Assembly (NCBI GenBank): GCA_013360215.1
Contig: JABWCP010000039.1
Location: 1-52,700 of the forward strand
Length of the DNA stretch: 52,700 bases
Direction of reading: 5' to 3'
DNA from: a bacterium
GTDB lineage: Bacteria > CLD3 > SB21
The notes below the pieces were generated by a model, which saw only the letters and a program-made list of their open reading frames with translations, searched no databases and was not told the DNA's origin. Positions within the stretch are counted from its first letter, which is position 1; every line of letters begins with the position of its first letter. This document shows, piece by piece, positions 47,403 to 52,700 of the stretch. A program made the position numbers and the translations under genes.

Positions 47403-48899
47403 ATGCTCACAAACCCTGACTTAAAATCAAAAATCGACTCCCTCTGGGACAAATTCTGGTCCGGTGGAATAGCCAATCCGATTACAGCCATTGAACAAAT
47501 GTCCTATCTGATCTTTCTGAAAAGACTGGAAGACATGGACAATGCCCGCGCCGCCGCGGCTAAGCGGAGAAATGAAACGTACCGCTCGGTATTTCACGGA
47601 AATAAGGAATGCAGATGGTCGCACTGGAGCCAATTGCCCGGCGATCAAATGCTCAAGCATGTGCGCGATAAGGTGTTCGATTTCCTGCGGGAAGTGGGCG
47701 GGGAGACGAGCACATTCACACAGCACATGGAAGACGCCGTGTTTGTCATTCCGAAAGCGTCGCTCTTGCAGGAAGCGGTCAAGATCATCGACGATATGCA
47801 CATTTCGGAACAAAACGTGGACGTGCAGGGCGATCTGTATGAGTATTTGTTGAGCCAGCTTACCACGTCCGGCAAGAACGGCCAATTCCGCACTCCGCGG
47901 CATATCATTCGTATGATCACGAAACTCGTCGATCCGAAGATCGGCCAGCGTATTTGCGATCCGGCTTGCGGCACGGGCGGGTTTCTTGTCGCCGCCTATG
48001 AACAAATTCTCGAAGAAAACACGACCCCTGACCTGATCGAACGCGACGAAGACGGCAAGGCGCATCACCTGATCGGCGATAAGATCGCGGATAAGAAACT
48101 GATGCAATTCCTGAAAAGCCGCGCGCTCACCGGATACGATTTCGATTCCACGATGGTGCGTATCGGCGCGATGAACCTGATGCTGCACGGCATTGACAAT
48201 CCGCGCTGCGTTTACACCGATACCATGTCGAAGGCATTTACCGAAAAATCGGAATACGACGTTATTTTAGCCAATCCGCCATTCAAAGGCTCGATCGACA
48301 AGAGCGACATCAATGAGCGTTTTACCACCAGCACGACCAAGACGGAACTGCTTTTCATCGAATTGATCTACGGCCTGCTGAAAAACGGCGGCAAGGCGGG
48401 CGTGATCGTGCCGGACGGCGTGTTATTCGGGACGAGCAATGCGCATGTGGATACCCGCAAGATCATCGTGGATAAGTGCAAGCTCGAAGGGGTGATCTCT
48501 ATGCCTTCGGGCGTATTCAAACCGTATGCGGGCGTTTCCACAGCGGTGCTGATATTCCAGAAGGGCGGCACGACGAAGAACGTCTGGTTTTACGATATGG
48601 AAGCCGACGGATTTTCACTCGACGATAAACGTCAGCGTGTTGAGGCCAATGATATTCCGGACATTCTGAAGAGTTGGGGATTGAGAAATTCGGAATCACC
48701 TATCGACAATCAAAAATTCTTCAAAGTGACCGTCTCCGATATCCGAGCAAATAAATACGATCTTTCCATTTCACGATACAAAGAGATCGTGCACACGGAA
48801 ATCGAATACGAAAAGCCGGATGTGATCATGAATAAGATCGTCGAATTGGAAAAAGGGATCGCGATGGATGTGGAAGAGATTAGGGAGATGATGAAGTGA
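47403..48899 (+). CDS. hsdM: Type I R-M N6-adenine methyltransferase
   Basis: LWDKFWSGG, GQFRTPRHI, DPACGTGGF, NPPF, VPDGVLF. Confidence 0.96.
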   Translation: MLTNPDLKSKIDSLWDKFWSGGIANPITAIEQMSYLIFLKRLEDMDNARAAAAKRRNETYRSVFHGNKECRWSHWSQLPGDQMLKHVRDKVFDFLREVGGETSTFTQHMEDAVFVIPKASLLQEAVKIIDDMHISEQNVDVQGDLYEYLLSQLTTSGKNGQFRTPRHIIRMITKLVDPKIGQRICDPACGTGGFLVAAYEQILEENTTPDLIERDEDGKAHHLIGDKIADKKLMQFLKSRALTGYDFDSTMVRIGAMNLMLHGIDNPRCVYTDTMSKAFTEKSEYDVILANPPFKGSIDKSDINERFTTSTTKTELLFIELIYGLLKNGGKAGVIVPDGVLFGTSNAHVDTRKIIVDKCKLEGVISMPSGVFKPYAGVSTAVLIFQKGGTTKNVWFYDMEADGFSLDDKRQRVEANDIPDILKSWGLRNSESPIDNQKFFKVTVSDIRANKYDLSISRYKEIVHTEIEYEKPDVIMNKIVELEKGIAMDVEEIREMMK

Positions 48900-50113
48900 C
48901 TACTGTTCAATACTATCCCAAAGTCAATTTACGCGATCATGCTTTGTTAATAAGGGGTATTACGTTCAAGCCGCATCAAAAAACTGATATTCCTTCTGAT
49001 GATGCAATAGTGTGCTTACGTACTGCCAATGTCCAATCTAATGTTGATTGGAGAAGTCTTATCTATATTCCAAAGGCACTAGTAAAAAGGACTGATAAGT
49101 TATTGCGTGAAAAAGACATTCTAATATCAACAGCCAATAGCAATAATTTGGTTGGCAAGTGTTGCTTGATTCGCTCACTTCAAGTCCCGGCAACACTTGG
49201 GGGATTCATTTCCGTTATTCGCGCAAATGGTGAGAGCCTTGACGCGTCGTATCTTTATCATTATTTGAATTCTGACGAAATTCAAGCGCTTCTCAGAAGT
49301 ATTTCCAGGCAAACTACAAATATTTCGAACCTACCGACAGACCAATTGTTGAATGTTCAAATCCCTCTCCCTCCTCTTCCTATCCAGAAGCGCATCGCCG
49401 TGATACTTGAGAAAGCCGACGCCGCGCGCGAAAAGCGTCGCCAAACCATCGAGCTCACAGAAAAATTTCTCCAGTCCGCCTTCCTCGAAATGTTCGGCGA
49501 TCCGGTGACAAATCCGAAGGGGTGGGAAAAGGAGACCATGGATGAGCTGTGTGATAGAATTACAGATGGTACGCACGACACTCCCAAACGCCTAACACAA
49601 GGAGTGAAGTTCATAACTGGAAAGAATATTCGCCCACATAGGATTGACTTCAGCAATCTGGACTTTGTTTCGCAAGATGTTCATGAGGAAATCTATAGGA
49701 GGTGTAATCCTATATTCGGAGATGTTCTTTACACAAATATTGGAGTCAATCTTGGAACCGCCGTCATGAACAACCTGCATGAAGAATTCAGCATGAAGAA
49801 TGTTGCGTTGCTCAAACATAATCGTCAGAAACTGGAATCTCGATTTCTTGAATACATTCTCAATGATCAAAGAATGAAAAAGGCTCTTCTCAAGCGCTTT
49901 TCAATTGGTGGAGCTCAATCATTTTTAAGCTTAGGTAACATTAAAATGATTGAAATACCAGTTCCCCCTCTCTCCTTACAGCAAAAATTCGCCGCGATGG
50001 TCGAGAAAGTCGAAGCCATGCGCTTCAGGCAGCGCGCGTCGGAGCAGGAATTGGAAAATTTGTTTCACAGTTTGATGCAGCAGGCGTTTAAGGGGGAGTT
50101 GGTACTTGCTTGA
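48896..50113 (+). CDS. hsdS: Type I R-M specificity subunit
   Basis: Two TRDs separated by IPLPPLPIQKRI..FLEMFGDPVTNPKGW; distal PVPPLSLQQKF..AFKGEL; overlaps the hsdM stop. Confidence 0.95.
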   Translation: MTTVQYYPKVNLRDHALLIRGITFKPHQKTDIPSDDAIVCLRTANVQSNVDWRSLIYIPKALVKRTDKLLREKDILISTANSNNLVGKCCLIRSLQVPATLGGFISVIRANGESLDASYLYHYLNSDEIQALLRSISRQTTNISNLPTDQLLNVQIPLPPLPIQKRIAVILEKADAAREKRRQTIELTEKFLQSAFLEMFGDPVTNPKGWEKETMDELCDRITDGTHDTPKRLTQGVKFITGKNIRPHRIDFSNLDFVSQDVHEEIYRRCNPIFGDVLYTNIGVNLGTAVMNNLHEEFSMKNVALLKHNRQKLESRFLEYILNDQRMKKALLKRFSIGGAQSFLSLGNIKMIEIPVPPLSLQQKFAAMVEKVEAMRFRQRASEQELENLFHSLMQQAFKGELVLA

Positions 50114-50185
50114 ATAGTGCAATCTGAAATGTGGGTAGTGGAAAACTTGTAACATTTTAAGTGTATAAATAGGGGAGCATTTCTT

Positions 50186-51265
50186 ATGATGAAGACATCA
50201 ATAGTCGTTCTTTGTCTCGCAATAGCATCTTGCATGCCTTCCACTGCGACTCATCAAGGCTCTTTCTTTCAGAAGAAGGCCGGAAAGAGAAAAATCGTCA
50301 TTTTCTATCATGGTATTTTTGGCGATGCTCGCACAACGTGGGGTAAGACGGATAAGGCATGGCCAATGTTAATTTCTTCTGATCCCCAGTTTGAAGATTT
50401 TGATGTTTTCGTAGTTGACTATGACTCTCCATACTTGTCCAAAACATCAAATATAGAAGAAGTCTCGGTTGCCAAGAAACAAGAATTGCAAACTAAGGGT
50501 ATTCTGCGTGACTATGATCAAGTTCATATTATTGCTCACAGCATGGGGGGAATTATTGCACAGCGAATTTGTGTGCTTTTAAGGGCAGAGACTACACCTG
50601 ACTATTCAAAAATAAAATCTATTACACTGCTTTCAACCCCTAGTCATGGAGCAACTATTGCATATTTGACATCTTGGTTAAGCTCAAATCCACAGTTGAA
50701 AGATCTCAAATCTTCTGATATGAACACTCTATTACAGGCTTATTATAATTCTTGGAAGCTACTGGCTGATAGCAGGGTGAAGTCTGGGTTACTTCAACCT
50801 AGGATTAATGTTCTCTATGAAACTAAACCAATGATTACTATCAAAATTGTCGAGAGAACATATACTCTAACGGCTTTCGATGGTTTACCAATCGCTCTGG
50901 ACAGGAATCATATTGACATGGCGAAGCCAGACGGATATGAGGATAGATTGTATGAAACGGTCCGATCTTTCATCCAAGAGGCTGTGGAACCACCAGAGGA
51001 AGAGGTGGGCATGTTCATAGTTGAGGGGATGAGCTTCGATGATGCCGTGAATGGAATATTGCGAGGTACTGGGTTCGCTCCACGTTACATTTCTTGTGAT
51101 ACAATCAAAAATAAAAAAATTGTTGCGGGTGAGTTAAAGGCTCGGTCAATTGAGAGGTTCATTGCGTTGCTTGGGCAGCGCCTTATAGGAAGTAACAGAA
51201 TTCAACTAAAAATCCAAAAAAACCAGGAGCAAAGTCTATATGACATCAGTTGCGACGAAAATTAA
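50186..51265 (+). CDS. Lipoprotein alpha/beta hydrolase (PGAP1/DUF676-like)
   Basis: Lipobox IAS-C; FYHGIFG, AHSMGG nucleophile elbow, STPSHG, NHIDMAKP. Confidence 0.8.
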   Translation: MMKTSIVVLCLAIASCMPSTATHQGSFFQKKAGKRKIVIFYHGIFGDARTTWGKTDKAWPMLISSDPQFEDFDVFVVDYDSPYLSKTSNIEEVSVAKKQELQTKGILRDYDQVHIIAHSMGGIIAQRICVLLRAETTPDYSKIKSITLLSTPSHGATIAYLTSWLSSNPQLKDLKSSDMNTLLQAYYNSWKLLADSRVKSGLLQPRINVLYETKPMITIKIVERTYTLTAFDGLPIALDRNHIDMAKPDGYEDRLYETVRSFIQEAVEPPEEEVGMFIVEGMSFDDAVNGILRGTGFAPRYISCDTIKNKKIVAGELKARSIERFIALLGQRLIGSNRIQLKIQKNQEQSLYDISCDEN

Positions 51266-51881
51266 ATTCGGATTGTACTTGCTTATTTTCCCTTCCTTTG
51301 GAATCAATTCGCAAACCAAAACTTCTTGTGGAACACAACCCTTAGAAGTTAGATGCGAAAAAAATCAGGTACCGGTTTGTAGGAGGAATTACGCAGAATG
51401 CTATACTCCCAAAGGGATTACTAAGGAACAAAAGTGTGCAGATCTTCTGAGTCATGTAACTGAAAAGGCAATCACGACAGAAAACCTGTCAGAATATTGG
51501 AAACTCATTGAGGATGGTGAGTATGGAACAGGAGACAACAAAGTCAGCTTTGTAATACCCGATGACTGGAAAACGATTGTTGGAAATTCTCAAACAACTG
51601 ATGGGAAGGCGCAGGACAAGCAACAAGACATATTAAAGAAAACGCTTGACGAGTTAGATGGCAAGATAAAGAACTTGGAAAACGACGGAAGCATACAAGC
51701 GGTTGTTTCGCAAATGAACGCGAATGACAAAACGGAGTATAACAAGAAAATCCAAGCCATGAGGGATGCAATATTGGAAGCGCGAAATAACCTTAACCAG
51801 GGGAGTGCAAAAGAAAAAATAACAAAACAACAAAAAGAACTCGAAAACTTAAAGATTTGGATCGATGGCAAACGGCCGTGA
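51240..51881 (+). CDS. Hypothetical exported protein (Cys-rich N-terminus, coiled-coil C-terminus)
   Basis: 213-aa ORF, hydrophobic N-terminus, five Cys, heptad-like tail; overlaps the upstream gene by 26 bp. Confidence 0.65.
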   Translation: MTSVATKIKFGLYLLIFPSFGINSQTKTSCGTQPLEVRCEKNQVPVCRRNYAECYTPKGITKEQKCADLLSHVTEKAITTENLSEYWKLIEDGEYGTGDNKVSFVIPDDWKTIVGNSQTTDGKAQDKQQDILKKTLDELDGKIKNLENDGSIQAVVSQMNANDKTEYNKKIQAMRDAILEARNNLNQGSAKEKITKQQKELENLKIWIDGKRP

Positions 51882-51955
51882 CAATTAGGATTGTCCGCAT
51901 TATGCAGATGTGTTTTCAAATTCTTGAAAATATCCTTATAGTACTTAATACGTTA

Positions 51956-52033
51956 CGCGCGTCGGAGCTGGAATTGGAAAATTTGTTTCAGAGTTTAATG
52001 CAGAGAGCGTTTAAGGTGAAGTTGGTGAGTTAA
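51956..52033 (+). pseudogene. Orphan hsdS 3' tail, copy 2
   Basis: Encodes RASELELENLFQSLMQRAFKVKLVS*; 63/72 nt identical to hsdS 50033-50104 by hand count. Confidence 0.9.
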
Positions 52034-52132
52034 ACCTAAAAGGTCTATTGGAATTGATTGAATTACACGTAAATGCGGGAATATGGAACAGGCAGGTCGA
52101 AACCTATAGTCAGGATAGACCTTATAGGTTTA
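52031..52132. repeat. About 100-bp element with 18-bp terminal inverted repeats (REP/MITE-like)
   Basis: TAAACCTAAAAGGTCTAT (52031-52048) and ATAGACCTTATAGGTTTA (52115-52132) are reverse complements at 17/18. Confidence 0.7.
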
Positions 52133-52137
52133 CGACT

Positions 52138-52248
52138 GTCGAGAAAGTTGAAGCCATGCGTACGAAGCAGCGCGCGTCGGAGCAGGAATTGGATTTGCTT
52201 TTTCAAGCATTAATGCAAAGAGCATTTAAAGGAGAATTGGTAAGTTGA
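52138..52248 (+). pseudogene. Orphan hsdS 3' tail, copy 3
   Basis: Encodes VEKVEAMRTKQRASEQELDLLFQALMQRAFKGELVS*; 80/105 nt identical to hsdS 50000-50104 by hand count. Confidence 0.9.
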
Positions 52249-52700
52249 CTTGCCCTGAGCGATGCGCCTTCGGCGCAGAGTAAAGAGGCATAGATTGTTT
52301 AAGGAAGACAAGCACAGCGTGCAAGATTGGGGCTTTGTGATTCACGTTCGGAGATTCAGCACTTATTGATTATGTCAGTTTACAGGATGCTCTGTAATCC
52401 TTGAGAACACAAACCCACAAACCATTGGTGGCAATATCGGAGACCACTATGAATTTTGAGCAGATTACTGAAAATTATAGACTTAGAAACCCTCATAAAA
52501 AACGAAACCCGATAGTTTGAATTGCTTCAGGGACTACCGGGAATAAGACATCATTAACATACATACATTTGAACGATAAAAGCAAATAAAAGTTTACAAT
52601 GAAATGGGAAACGGAAGCAACATCGTACCCCCCTTTGGATAGAAGGGAAAGAAGGATTGAGATTGGTGATAGAACATTGCAGGAAGTCTTGCGAGCGTAG

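Larger units (their letters stand above)
40121..52700. mobile_element. Putative tRNA-Val-anchored genomic (defence) island; right end not in window
   Basis: Starts at the tRNA 3' end with att-like duplications; mosaic base composition; R-M and accessory genes; no integrase seen. Confidence 0.55.

Noticed and set aside
43190-50114. hsdR and hsdS both end in TTGCTTGAA just before AT-rich cargo genes
   Set aside because: Only 9 bp, largely explained by a shared Ala-stop ending; too weak to call a recombination site.
52048-52248. 66-aa ORF as a real small gene
   Set aside because: It is a chance fusion of the inverted-repeat element with hsdS tail copy 3; TTG start and no clear RBS.
48896-52248. 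Classical invertible hsdS shufflon
   Set aside because: The repeats are direct, the extra copies lack TRDs, and no recombinase gene is present in the window.
52260-52700. Possible decayed cargo gene after hsdS tail 3
   Set aside because: Only short frames (for example 52449-52514 and 52599-52700) with no recognisable motif; cannot be supported without a search.

Overview
Bacterial chromosomal window, probably from an FCB-group organism (inferred from the PorV-like barrel, the FlgD-Ig C-terminal domain and intergenic repeat styles). It has four parts. (1) 0.3-18.7 kb: 26 co-oriented minus-strand genes, interrupted once by a plus-strand gene. They include pdxS/pdxT, a MocR/PdxR-type regulator, 4 DinB/YfiT proteins, 4 GNATs, 2 MOSC proteins and 3 EamA/RarD exporters, with triple TAGTCCAAT boxes at the head of the cluster. 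(2) 19-28 kb: pyrB, rfbB, cNMP-binding proteins, dacB, an FG-GAP protein and hisS. (3) 28-40 kb: a cheB-cheR(TPR)-cheA-mcp cluster whose CheA carries two Hpt domains, an MshEN-like c-di-GMP motif pair and a REC domain, then a HIRAN protein, glsA, etfBA and tRNA-Val(CAC). (4) 40.1 kb to the end: a tRNA-anchored defence-type island. It holds a type I R-M system split by a ~1370-aa RelE-like/SF1-helicase/TPR-like gene, and the hsdS 3' tail recurs three times as direct repeats bracketing cargo DNA. The best candidates for something undescribed are the hsdS-tail cassette arrangement, the embedded helicase and the MshEN-CheA. All calls come from reading motifs by eye; no searches were run.
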